A stretch of 64,000 nucleotides of DNA from the NCBI RefSeq assembly GCF_009914755.1, contig NC_060935.1; one strand, 5' to 3'. Below, one piece after another: positions 52,270-64,000 of the stretch (the stretch's first letter is position 1; each line of letters opens with the position of its first letter). The DNA is from the human T2T-CHM13v2.0 reference genome, Homo sapiens. Made by a program: the position numbers and the translations under genes. Under the pieces are notes generated by a model. It was not told the DNA's origin, made no database searches, and saw only the letters and a program-made list of their open reading frames with translations.

Positions 52270-55200
52270 GAGAAACTTCTTTGTGATGTTTGCATTCAAC
52301 TCACAGAGTTGAACCTTGCTTTCATAGTTCAGCTTTCAAACACTCTTTTTGTAGAATCTGCAAGTGGATATTTGGACCACTTTGTGGCCTTCCTTCGAAA
52401 CGGGTATATCTTCACATCAAACCTAGACAGAAGCATTCTCAGAATGTTTCCTGTGATGACTGCATTCAACTCACAGAGGTGAACAATCCTGTTGATGGAG
52501 CACTTTTGAAACTCTCTTTCTTTGGATTCTGCAAGTGGATATGTGGACCTCTGTGAAGATTTCGTTGGAAACGGGTTCATCTTCACAGAAAAATTAACAG
52601 AAGCATTCTCAGAAACTGCTTTGTGATGTTTGTGTTCCACTTCAGGAATTGAACTTTCCTCTTGACAGAGCAGCTCTGAAACCCTCTTATTCTAGAATCT
52701 GCAAGTGGACATTTGGAGGGCTTTGAGGCCTGTGGTGGAAAAGGAAAATCTTCACATAAAAACTAGATGGAAGCATTCTCAGAAACTTCTTTGTGATGAT
52801 TGCATTCGACTCACAGATTTGAACATTCCTATAGATAGAGCAGGTTGTAAACAATCTTTTTGTAGAATCTGCGATTGGAGATTTGGACTGCTTTGAGGCC
52901 TACTGTAGTAAAGGAAATAACTTCATCTAAAAACCAAACGGAAGCATTCACAGACAATTCTTAGTGATCATTGGATTGAACTAACAGAGCTGAACATTCC
53001 TTTAGATGGCGCAGTTTCCAAACACACTTTCTGTAGAATCTGCAAGTGGATATTTGGACTTCTCTGAGGATTTCGTTGGAAACGGGATAAACTTCCCAGA
53101 ACTACACGGAAGCATGCTGAGAAACTTCTTTGTGATGTTTGCATTCAACTCACAGAGTTGAACCTTGCTTTCATAGTTCAGCTTTCAAACACTCTTTTTG
53201 TAGAATCTGCAAGTGGATATTTGGACCACTTTGTGGCCTTCCTTCGAAACGGGTATATCTTCACATCAAACCTAGACAGAAGCATTCTCAGAATGTTTCC
53301 TGTGATGACTGCATTCAACTCACAGAGGTGAACAATCCTGCTGATGGAGCAGTTTTGAAACTCTCTTTCTTTGGATTCTGCAAGTGGATATGTGGACCTC
53401 TGTGAAGATTTCGTTGGAAACGGGTTCATCTTCACAGAAAAACTAAACAGAAGCATTCTCAGAAACTGCTTTGTGATGTTTGTGTTCCACTTCAGGAATT
53501 GAACTTTCCTCCTGACAGAGCAGCTCTGACACCCTCTTATTCTAGAATCTGCAAGTGGACATTTGGAGGGCTTTGAGGCCTGTGGTGGAAAAGGAAAATC
53601 TTCACATAAAAACTAGATGGAAGCATTCTCAGAAACTACTTTGTGATGATTGCATTCGACTCACAGAGTTGAACATTCCTATAGATAGAGCAGGTTGTAA
53701 ACAATCTTTTTGTAGAATCTGCGATTGGAGATTTGGACTGCTTTGAGGCCTACTGTAGTAAAGGAAATAACTTCATCTAAAAACCAAACGGAAGCATTCA
53801 CAGACAATTCTTAGTGATCATTGCATTGAACTAACAGAGCTGAACATTCCTTTAGATGGAGCAGTTTCCAAACACACTTTCTGTAGAATCTGCAAGTGGA
53901 TATTTGGACTTCTCTGAGGATTTCGTTGGAAACGGGATAAACTTCCCAGAACTACACGGAAGCATTGTGAGAAACTTCTTTGTGATGTTTGCATTCAACT
54001 CACAGAGTTGAACCTTGCTTTCATAGTTCAGCTTTCAAACACTCTTTTTGTAGAATCTGCAAGTGGATATTTGGACCACTTTGTGGCCTTCCTTCGAAAC
54101 GGGTATATCTTCACATCAAACCTAGACAGAAGCATTCTCAGAATGTTTCCTGTGATGACTGCATTCAACTCACAGAGGTGAACAATCCTGTTGATGGAGC
54201 ACTTTTGAAACTCTCTTTCTTTGGATTCTGCAAGTGGATATGTGGACCTCTGTGAAGATTTCGTTGGAAACGGGTTCATCTTCACAGAAAAATTAACAGA
54301 AGCATTCCCAGAAACTGCTTTGTGATGTTTGTGTTCCACTTCAGGAATTGAACTTTCCTCTTGACAGAGCAGCTCTGAAACCCTCTTATTCTAGAATCTG
54401 CAAGTGGACATTTGGAGGGCTTTGAGGCCTGTGGTGGAAAAGGAAAATCTTCACATAAAAACTAGATGGAAGCATTCTCAGAAACTTCTTTGTGATGATT
54501 GCATTCGACTCACAGAGTTGAACATTCCTATAGATAGAGCAGGTTGTAAACAATCTTTTTGTAGAATCTGCGATTGGAGATTTGGACTGCTTTGAGGCCT
54601 ACTGTAGTAAAGGAAATAACTTCATCTAAAAACCAAACGGAAGCATTCACAGACAATTCTTAGTGATCATTGCATTGAACTAACAGAGCTGAACATTCCT
54701 TTAGATGGCGCAGTTTCCAAACACACTTTCTGTAGAATCTGCAAGTGGATATTTGGACCTCTCTGAGGATTTCGTTGGAAACGGGATAAACTTCCCAGAA
54801 CTACAGGGAAGCATGCTGAGAAACTTCTTTGTGATGTTTGCATTCAACTCACAGAGTTGAACCTTGCTTTCATAGTTCAGCTTTCAAACACTCTTTTTGT
54901 AGAATCTGCAAGTGGATATTTGGACCACTTTGTGGCCTTCCTTCGAAACGGGTATATCTTCACATCAAACCTAGACAGAAGCATTCTCAGAATGTTTCCT
55001 GTGATGACTGCATTCAACTCACAGAGGTGAACAATCCTGCTGATGGAGCAGTTTTGAAACTCTCTTTCTTTGGATTCTGCAAGTGGATATGTGGACCTCT
55101 GTGAAGATTTCGTTGGAAACGGGTTCATCTTCACAGAAAAACTAAACAGAAGCATTCTCAGAAACTGCTTTGTGATGTTTGTGTTCCACTTCAGGAATTG

Positions 55201-55560
55201 AACTTTCCTCCTGACAGAGCAGCTCTGACACCCTCTTATTCTAGAATCTGCAAGTGGACATTTGGAGGGCTTTGAGGCCTGCGGTGGAAAAGGAAAATCT
55301 TCACATAAAAACTAGATGGAAGCATTCTCAGAAACTACTTTGTGATGATTGCATTCGACTCACAGAGTTGAACATTCCTATAGATAGAGCAGGTTGTAAA
55401 CAATCTTTTTGTAGAATCTGCGATTGGAGATTTGGACTGCTTTGAGGCCTACTGTAGTAAAGGAAATAACTTCATCTAAAAACCAAACGGAAGCATTCAC
55501 AGACAATTCTTAGTGATCATTGCATTGAACTAACAGAGCTGAACATTCCTTTAGATGGAG
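52270..55560 (+). repeat. Tandem duplication at 1,699-bp (2-HOR) offset
   Basis: AAATTAAC indel variant (~52594/54293), CCTGACAG (~53511/55210), CTGACACCC (~53530/55229). Confidence 0.8.
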
Positions 55561-58500
55561 CAGTTTCCAAACACACTTTCTGTAGAACCTGCAAGTGGAT
55601 ATTTGGACCTCTCTGAGGATTTCGTTGGAAACGGCATAAACTTCCCAGAACTACACCGAAGCATTGTGAGAAACTTCTTTGTGATGTTTGCATTCAACTC
55701 ACAGAGTTGAACCTTGCTTTCATAGTTCAGCTTTCAAACACTCTTTTTGTAGAATCTGCAAGTGGATATTTGGACCACTTTGTGGCCTTCCTTCGAAACG
55801 GGTATATCTTCACATCAAACCTAGACAGAAGCATTCTCAGAATGTTTCCTGTGATGACTGCATTCAACTCACAGAGTTGAATAATCCTGTTGATGGAGCA
55901 CTTTTGAAACTCTCTTTCTTTGGATTCTGCAAGTGGATATGTGGACCTCTGTGAAGATTTCGTTGGAAACGGGTTCATCTTCACAGAAAAACTAAACAGG
56001 AGCATTCTCAGAAACTGCTTTGTGATGTTTGTGTTCCACTTACAGAATTGAACTTTCCTCTTGACAGAGCAGCTCTGAAACCCTCTTTTTCTAGAATCTG
56101 CAAGTGGACATTTGGAGGGCTTTGAGGCCTGTGGTGGAAAAGGAAAATCTTCACATAAAAACTTTATGGAAGCATTCTCAGAAACTACTTTGTGATGATT
56201 GCATTCGACTCACAGAGTTGAACATTCCTATAGATAGAGCAGGTTGTAAACAATCTTTTTGTAGAGTCTGCGATTGGAGATTTGGACTGCTTTGAGGCCT
56301 ACTGTAGTAAAGGAAATTACTTCATCTAAAAACCAAACGGAAGCATTCACAGACAATTCTTAGTGATCATTGGATTGAACTAACAGAGCTGAACATTCCT
56401 TTAGATGGAGCAGTTTCCAAACCCACTTTCTGTAGAATCTGCAAGTGGATATTTGGACCTCTCTGAGGATTTCGTTGGAAACGGGATAAACTTCCCAGAA
56501 CTACACGGAAGCATTGTGAGAAACTTCTTTGTGATGTTTGCATTCAACTCACAGAGTTGAACCTTGTTTTCATAGTTCAGCTTTCAAACACTCTTTTTGT
56601 AGAATCTGCAAGTGGATATTTGGACCACTTTGTGGCCTTCCTTCGAAACGGGTATATCTTCACATCAAACCTAGACAGAAGCATTCTCAGAATGTTTCCT
56701 GTGATGACTGCATTCAACTCACAGAGGTGAACAATCCTGTTGATGGAGCACTTTTGAAACTCTCTTTCTTTGGATTCTGCAAGTAGATATGTGGACCTCT
56801 GTGAAGATTTCGTTGGAAACGAGTTCATCTTCACAGAAAAACTAAACAGAAGCATTCTCAAAAACTACTTTGTGATGTTTGTGTTCCACTTCAAGAATTG
56901 AACTTTCCTCTTGACAGAGCAGCTCTGAAAACCTCTTTTTCTAGAATCTGCAAGTGGACATTTGGAGGGCTTTGAGACCTGTGGTGGAAAAGGAAAATCT
57001 TCACATAAAAACTAGATGGAAGCATTCTCAGAAACTACTTTGTGATGATTGCATTCGACTCACAGAGTTGAACATTCCTATAGATAGAGCAGGTTGTAAA
57101 CAATCTTTTTCTAGAATCTGCGATTGGAGATTTGGACTGCTTTGAGGCCTACTGTAGTAAAGGAAATAACTTCATCTAAAAACCAAACGGAAGCATTCAC
57201 AGACAATTCTTAGAGATCATTGGATTGAACTAACACAGCTGAACATTCCTTTAGATGGAGCAGTTTCCAAACACACTTTCTGCAGAATCTGCAAGTGGAT
57301 ATTTGGACTTCTCTGAGGATTTCGTTGGAAACGGGATAAACTTCCCAGAACTACACGGAAGAATTGTGAGAAACTTCTTTGTGATGTTTGCATTCAACTC
57401 ACAGAGTTGAACCTTGCTTTCATAGTTCAGCTTTCAAACACTCTTTTTGTAGAATCTGCAAGTGGATATTTGGACCACTTTGTGGCCTTCCTTCGAAACG
57501 GGTATATCTTCACATCAAACCTAGACAGAAGCATTCTCAGAATGTTTCCTGTGATGACTGCATTCAACTCACAGAGGTGAACAATCCTGCTGATGGAGCA
57601 GTTTTGAAACTCTCTTTCTTTGGATTCTGCAAGTGGATATGTGGACCTCTGTGAAGATTTCGTTGGAAAAGGGTTCATCTTCACAGAAAAACTAAACAGG
57701 AGCATTCTCAGAAACTGCTTTGTGATGTTTGTGTTCCACTTCAAGAATTGAACTTTCCTCTTGACAGAGCAGCTCTGAAACCCTCTTTTTCTAGAATCTG
57801 CAAGTGGACATTTGGAGGGCTTTGAGGCCTGTGGTGGAAAAGGAAAATCTTCACATAAAAACTAGATGGAAGCATTCTCAGAAACTACTTTGTGATGATT
57901 GCATTCGACTCACAGAGTTGAACATTCCTATAGATAGAGCAGGTTGTAAACAATCTTTCTGTAGAATCTGCGATTGGAGATTTGGACTGCTTTGAGGCCT
58001 ACTGTAGTAAAGGAAATAACTTCATCTAAAAACCAAACGGAAGCATTCACAGACAATTCTTAGTGATCATTGGATTGAACTAACACAGCTGAACATTCCT
58101 TTAGATGGAGCAGTTTCCAAACACACTTTCTGTAGAATCTGCAAGTGGATATTTGGACTTCTCTGAGGATTTCGTTGGAAACGGGATAAACTTCCCAGAA
58201 CTACACGGAAGCATTGTGAGAAACTTCTTTGTGATGTTTGCATTCAACTCACAGAGTTGAACCTTGCTTTCATACTTCAGCTTTCAAACACTCTTTTTGT
58301 AGAATCTGCAAGTGGATATTTGGACCACTTTGTGGCCTTCCTTCGAAACGGGTATATCTTCACATCAAACCTAGACAGAAGCATTCTCAGAATGTTTCCT
58401 GTGATGACTGCATTCAACTCACAGAGGTGAACAATCCTGCTGATGGAGCAGTTTTGAAACTCTCTTTCTTTGGATTCTGCAAGTGGATATGTGGACCTCT

Positions 58501-61500
58501 GTGAAGATTTCGTTGGAAACGGGTTCATCTTCACAGAAAAACTAAACAGAAGCATTCTCAGAAACTGCTTTGTGATGTTTGTGTTCCACTTCAGGAATTG
58601 AACTTTCCTCTTGACAGAGCAGCTCTGAAACCCTCTTATTCTAGAATCTGCAAGTGGACATTTGGAGGGCTTTGAGGCCTGTGGTGGAAAAGGAAAATCT
58701 TCACATAAAAACTAGATGGAAGCATTCTCAGAAACTACTTTGTGATGATTGCATTCGACTCACAGAGTTGAACATTCCTATAGATAGAGCAGGTTGTAAA
58801 CAATCTTTTTGTAGAATCTGCGATTGGAGATTTGGACTGCTTTGAGGCCTACTGTAGTAAAGGAAATAACTTCATCTAAAAACCAAACGGAAGCATTCAC
58901 AGACAATTCTTAGTGATCATTGGATTGAACTAACAGAGCTGAACATTCCTTTAGATGGAGCAGTTTCCAAACCCACTTTCTGTAGAATCTGCAAGTGGAT
59001 ATTTGGACTTCTCTGAGGATTTCGTTGGAAACGGGATAAACTTCCCAGAACTACAGGGAAGCATTGTGAGAAACTTCTTTGTGATGTTTGCATTCAACTC
59101 ACAGAGTTGAACCTTGCTTTCATAGTTCAGCTTTCAAACACTCTTTTTGTAGAATCTGCAAGTGGATATTTGGACCACTTTGTGGCCTTCCTTCGAAACG
59201 GGTATATCTTCACATCAAACCTAGACAGAAGCATTCTCAGAATGTTTCCTGTGATGACTGCATTCAACTCACAGAGGTGAACAATCCTGCTGATGGAGCA
59301 GTTTTGAAACTCTCTTTCTTTGGATTCTGCAAGTGGATATGTGGACCTCTGTGAAGATTTCGTTGGAAACGGGTTCATCTTCACAGAAAAACTAAACAGG
59401 AGCATTCTCAGAAAGTGCTTTGTGATGTTTGTGTTCCACTTCAAGAATTGAACTTTCCTCTTGACAGAGCAGCTCTGAAACCCTCTTATTCTATAATCTG
59501 CAAGTGGACATTTGGAGGGCTTTGAGGCCTGTGGTGGAAAAGGAAAATCTTCACATAAAAACTAGATGGAAGCATTCTCAGAAACTACTTTGTGATGATT
59601 GCATTCGACTCACAGAGTTGAACATTCCTATAGATAGAGCAGGTTGTAAACAATCTTTTTGTAGAATCTGCCATTGGAGATTTGGACTGCTTTGAGGCCT
59701 ACTGTAGTAAAGGAAATAACTTCATCTAAAAACCAAACGGAAGCATTCACAGACAATTCTTAGTGATCATTGGATTGAACTAACAGAGCTGAACATTCCT
59801 TTAGATGGCGCAGTTTCCAAACACACTTTCTGTAGAATCTGCAAGTGGATATTTGGACTTCTCTGAGGATTTCGTTGGAAACGGGATAAACTTCCCAGAA
59901 CTACACGGAAGCATTCTGAGAAACTTCTTTGTGATGTTTGCATTCAACTCACAGAGTTGAACCTTGCTTTCATAGTTCAGCTTTCAAACCCTCTTTTTGT
60001 AGAATCTGCAAGTGGATATTTGGACCACTTTGTGGCCTTCCTTCGAAACGGGTATATCTTCACATCAAACCTAGACAGAAGCATTCTCAGAATGTTTCCT
60101 GTGATGACTGCATTCAACTCACAGAGGTGAACAATCCTGCTGATGGAGCAGTTTTGAAACTCTCTTTCTTTGGATTCTGCAAGTGGATATGTGGACCTCT
60201 GTGAAGATTTCGTTGGAAACGGGTTCATCTTCACAGAAAAACTAAACAGGAGCATTCTCAGAAACTGCTTTGTGATGTTTGTATTCCACTTCAAGAATTG
60301 AACTTTCCTCTTGACAGAGCAGCTCTGAAACCCTCTTTTTCTAGAATCTGCAAGTGGACATTTGGAGGGCTTTGAGGCCTGTGGTGGAAAAGGAAAATCT
60401 TCACATAAAAACTAGATGGAAGCATTCTCAGAAACTACTTTGTGATGATTGCATTCGACTCACAGAGTTGAACATTCCTATAGATAGAGCAGGTTGTAAA
60501 CAATGTTTTTGTAGAATCTGCGATTGGAGATTTGGACTGCTTTGAGGCCTACTGTAGTAAAGGAAATAACTTCATCTAAAAACCAAACGGAAGCATTCAC
60601 AGACAATTCTTAGTGATCATTGGATTGAACTAACAGAGCTGAACATTCCTTTAGATGGAGCAGTTTCCAAACCCACTTTCTGTAGAATCTGCAAGTGGAT
60701 ATTTGGACTTCTCTGAGGATTTCGTTGGAAACGGGATAAACTTCCCAGAACTACAGGGAAGCATTGTGAGAAACTTCTTTGTGATGTTTGCATTCAACTC
60801 ACAGAGTTGAACCTTGCTTTCATAGTTCAGCTTTCAAACACTCTTTTTGTAGAATCTGCAAGTGGATATTTGGACCACTTTGTGGCCTTCCTTCGAAACG
60901 GGTATATCTTCACATCAAACCTAGACAGAAGCATTCTCAGAATGTTTCCTGTGATGACTGCATTCAACTCACAGAGGTGAACAATCCTGTTGATGGAGCA
61001 CTTTTGAAACTCTCTTTCTTTGGATTCTGCAAGTGGATATGTGGACCTCTGTGAAGATTTCGTTGGAAACGGGTTCATCTTCACAGAAAAATTAACAGAA
61101 GCATTCCCAGAAACTGCTTTGTGATGTTTGTGTTCCACTTCAGGAATTGAACTTTCCTCTTGACAGAGCAGCTCTGAAACCCTCTTATTCTAGAATCTGC
61201 AAGTGGACATTTGGAGGGCTTTGAGGCCTGTGGTGGAAAAGGAAAATCTTCACATAAAAACTAGATGGAAGCATTCTCAGAAACTTCTTTGTGATGATTG
61301 CATTCGACTCACAGAGTTGAACATTCCTATAGATAGAGCAGGTTGTAAACAATCTTTTTGTAGAATCTGCGATTGGAGATTTGGACTGCTTTGAGGCCTA
61401 CTGTAGTAAAGGAAATAACTTCATCTAAAAACCAAACGGAAGCATTCACAGACAATTCTTAGTGATCATTGCATTGAACTAACAGAGCTGAACATTCCTT

Positions 61501-64000
61501 TAGATGGCGCAGTTTCCAAACACACTTTCTGTAGAATCTGCAAGTGGATATTTGGACCTCTCTGAGGATTTCGTTGGAAACGGGATAAACTTCCCAGAAC
61601 TACACGGAAGCATGCTGAGAAACTTCTTTGTGATGTTTGCATTCAACTCACAGAGTTGAACCTTGCTTTCATAGTTCAGCTTTCAAACACTCTTTTTGTA
61701 GAATCTGCAAGTGGATATTTGGACCACTTTGTGGCCTTCCTTCGAAACGGGTATATCTTCACATCAAACCTAGACAGAAGCATTCTCAGAATGTTTCCTG
61801 TGATGACTGCATTCAACTCACAGAGGTGAACAATCCTGCTGATGGAGCAGTTTTGAAACTCTCTTTCTTTGGATTCTGCAAGTGGATATGTGGACCTCTG
61901 TGAAGATTTCGTTGGAAACGGGTTCATCTTCACAGAAAAACTAAACAAGAGCATTCTCAGAAACTGCTTTGTGATGTTTGTGTTCCACTTCAAGAATTGA
62001 ACTTTCCTCTTGACAGAGCAGCTCTGAAACCCTATTTTTCTAGAATCTGCAAGTGGACATTTGGAGGGCTTTGAGGCCTGTGGTGGAAAAGGAAAATCTT
62101 CACATAAAAACTAGATGGAAGCATTCTCAGAAACTACTTTGTGATGATTGCATTCGACTCACAGAGTTGAACATTCCTATAGATAGAGCAGGTTGTAAAC
62201 AATCTTTTTGTAGAATCTGCGATTGGAGATTTGGACTGCTTTGAGGCCTACTGTAGTAAAGGAAATAACTTCATCTAAAAACCAAACGGAAGCATTCACA
62301 GACAATTCTTAGTGATCATTGGATTGAACTAACAGAGCTGAACATTCCTTTAGATGGAGCAGTTTCCAAACCCACTTTCTGTAGAATCTGCAAGTGGATA
62401 TTTGGACTTCTCTGAGGATTTCGTTGGAAACGGGATAAACTTCCCAGAACTACAGGGAAGCATTGTGAGAAACTTCTTTGTGATGTTTGCATTCAACTCA
62501 CAGAGTTGAACCTTGCTTTCATAGTTCAGCTTTCAAACACTCTTTTTGTAGAATCTGCAAGTGGATATTTGGACCACTTTGTGGCCTTCCTTCGAAACGG
62601 GTATATCTTCACATCAAACCTAGACAGAAGCATTCTCAGAATGTTTCCTGTGATGACTGCATTCAACTCACAGAGGTGAACAATCCTGCTGATGGAGCAG
62701 TTTTGAAACTCTCTTTCTTTGGATTCTGCAAGTGGATATGTGGACCTCTGTGAAGATTTCGTTGGAAACGGGTTCATCTTCACAGAAAAACTAAACAGAA
62801 GCATTCTCAAAAACTACTTTGTGATGTTTGTGTTCCACTTCAAGAATTGAACTTTCCTCTTGACAGAGCAGCTCTGAAAACCTCTTTTTCTAGAATCTGC
62901 AAGTGGACATTTGGAGGGCTTTGAGGCCTGTGGTGGAAAAGGAAAATCTTCACATAAAAACTAGATGGAAGCATTCTCAGAAACTACTTTGTGATGATTG
63001 CATTCGACTCACAGAGTTGAACATTCCTATAGATAGAGCAGGTTGTAAACAATCTTTTTGTAGAATCTGCGATTGGAGATTTGGACTGCTTTGAGGCCTA
63101 CTGTAGTAAAGGAAATAACTTCATCTAAAAACCAAACGGAAGCATTCACAGACAATTCTTAGAGATCATTGGATTGAACTAACACAGCTGAACATTCCTT
63201 TAGATGGAGCAGTTTCCAAACACACTTTCTGTAGAATCTGCAAGTGGATATTTGGACTTCTCTGAGGATTTCGTTGGAAACGGGATAAACTTCCCAGAAC
63301 TACACGGAAGCATTGTGAGAAACTTCTTTGTGATGTTTGCATTCAACTCACAGAGTTGAACCTTGCTTTCATAGTTCAGCTTTCAAACACTCTTTTTGTA
63401 GAATCTGCAAGTGGATATTTGGACCACTTTGTGGCCTTCCTTCGAAACGGGTATATCTTCACATCAAACCTAGACAGAAGCATTCTCAGAATGTTTCCTG
63501 TGATGACTGCATTCAACTCACAGAGGTGAACAATCCTGCTGATGGAGCAGTTTTGAAACTCTCTTTCTTTGGATTCTGCAAGTGGATATGTGGACCTCTG
63601 TGAAGATTTCGTTGGAAACGGGTTCATCTTCACAGAAAAACTAAACAGGAGCATTCTCAGAAACTGCTTTGTGATGTTTGTGTTCCACTTCAGGAATTGA
63701 ACTTTCCTCTTGACAGAGCAGCTCTGAAACCCTCTTTTTCTAGAATCTGCAAGTGGACATTTGGAGGGCTTTGAGGCCTGTGGTGGAAAAGGAAAATCTT
63801 CACATAAAAACTAGATGGAAGCATTCTCAGAAACTACTTTGTGATGATTGCATTCGACTCACAGAGTTGAACATTCCTATAGATAGAGCAGGTTGTAAAC
63901 AATCTTTCTGTAGAATCTGCGATTGCAGATTTGGACTGCTTTGAGGCCTACTGTAGTAAAGGAAATAACTTCATCTAAAAACCAAACGGAAGCATTCACA

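Larger units (their letters stand above)
1..64000 (+). repeat. D11Z1: Centromeric alpha-satellite HOR array, 850-bp pentamer (suprachromosomal family 3), about 75 copies; most likely human chr11 D11Z1
   Basis: The ~171-bp monomers carry typical alphoid motifs (CATTCTCAGAAACT, TGTGATG, TAGAATCTGCAAGTGGA). The ORF track shows a strict 850-bp period (278, 1128, 1978...). The box pattern is B-B-B-A-A, and TCTAGA occurs once per typical unit (e.g. 680-685). An 850-bp XbaI pentamer is the known D11Z1 unit. Alpha satellite identity is certain; the chromosome call is from recall, not alignment. Confidence 0.93.

Noticed and set aside
278-63944. Repeating 63-, 88- and 92-105-aa ORFs
   Set aside because: They are chance open frames of alpha satellite recurring every 850 bp. 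Many start at non-ATG codons, they overlap on opposite strands, and they are freely broken by stops and frameshifts. No protein family is recognisable.
1-64000. CRISPR-like pattern of conserved motifs separated by variable sequence
   Set aside because: The intervening sequences are homologous monomer bodies repeated every HOR, not unique spacers. There are no cas genes.
1-64000. Possible Alu or L1 insertion, inversion or non-alphoid island
   Set aside because: The register is accounted for end to end by 850-bp steps, one +167 step and 1-2 bp deletions. All monomers share one orientation, and no poly(A) tail or foreign sequence is present.
1-64000. Assignment to other SF3 arrays (DXZ1, D17Z1, D1Z5)
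   Set aside because: Their canonical HORs are 12-, 16- and 11-mers. Here adjacent pentamers are themselves nearly identical, so the unit is a 5-mer.
1-64000. A previously undescribed biological system
   Set aside because: Everything visible is explained by a known centromeric satellite and its duplication and conversion history. Only the specific local events may be unreported.

Overview
The whole 64-kb window is one uninterrupted, single-orientation alpha-satellite array of about 75 copies of an 850-bp pentameric higher-order repeat (HOR). The monomers are 168/170/171/170/171 bp. Three consecutive B-type monomers are followed by two A-type monomers, there are two intact CENP-B boxes per HOR, and there is one XbaI site per typical HOR. 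This is suprachromosomal family 3 organisation and best fits the active human chromosome 11 centromeric array D11Z1. I found no genes, transposons, inversions or CRISPR arrays, and every ORF in the track is an artefact of the repeat. I do not see a new biological system. What the window does show is its own expansion history, read by eye from shared variants. (1) A 6-mer HOR with a 167-bp hybrid monomer marks the exact junction of a 6,967-bp out-of-register tandem duplication, made within a 28-bp identity block. (2) An older 12-HOR period lies beneath that duplication. (3) A 6-HOR (about 5.1 kb) super-repeat is present three times. (4) There are 4-HOR and 2-HOR duplications, apparent conversion or mosaic patches, one transversion-rich HOR, and about 14 broken CENP-B boxes. 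Duplication boundaries other than the hybrid junction are approximate.
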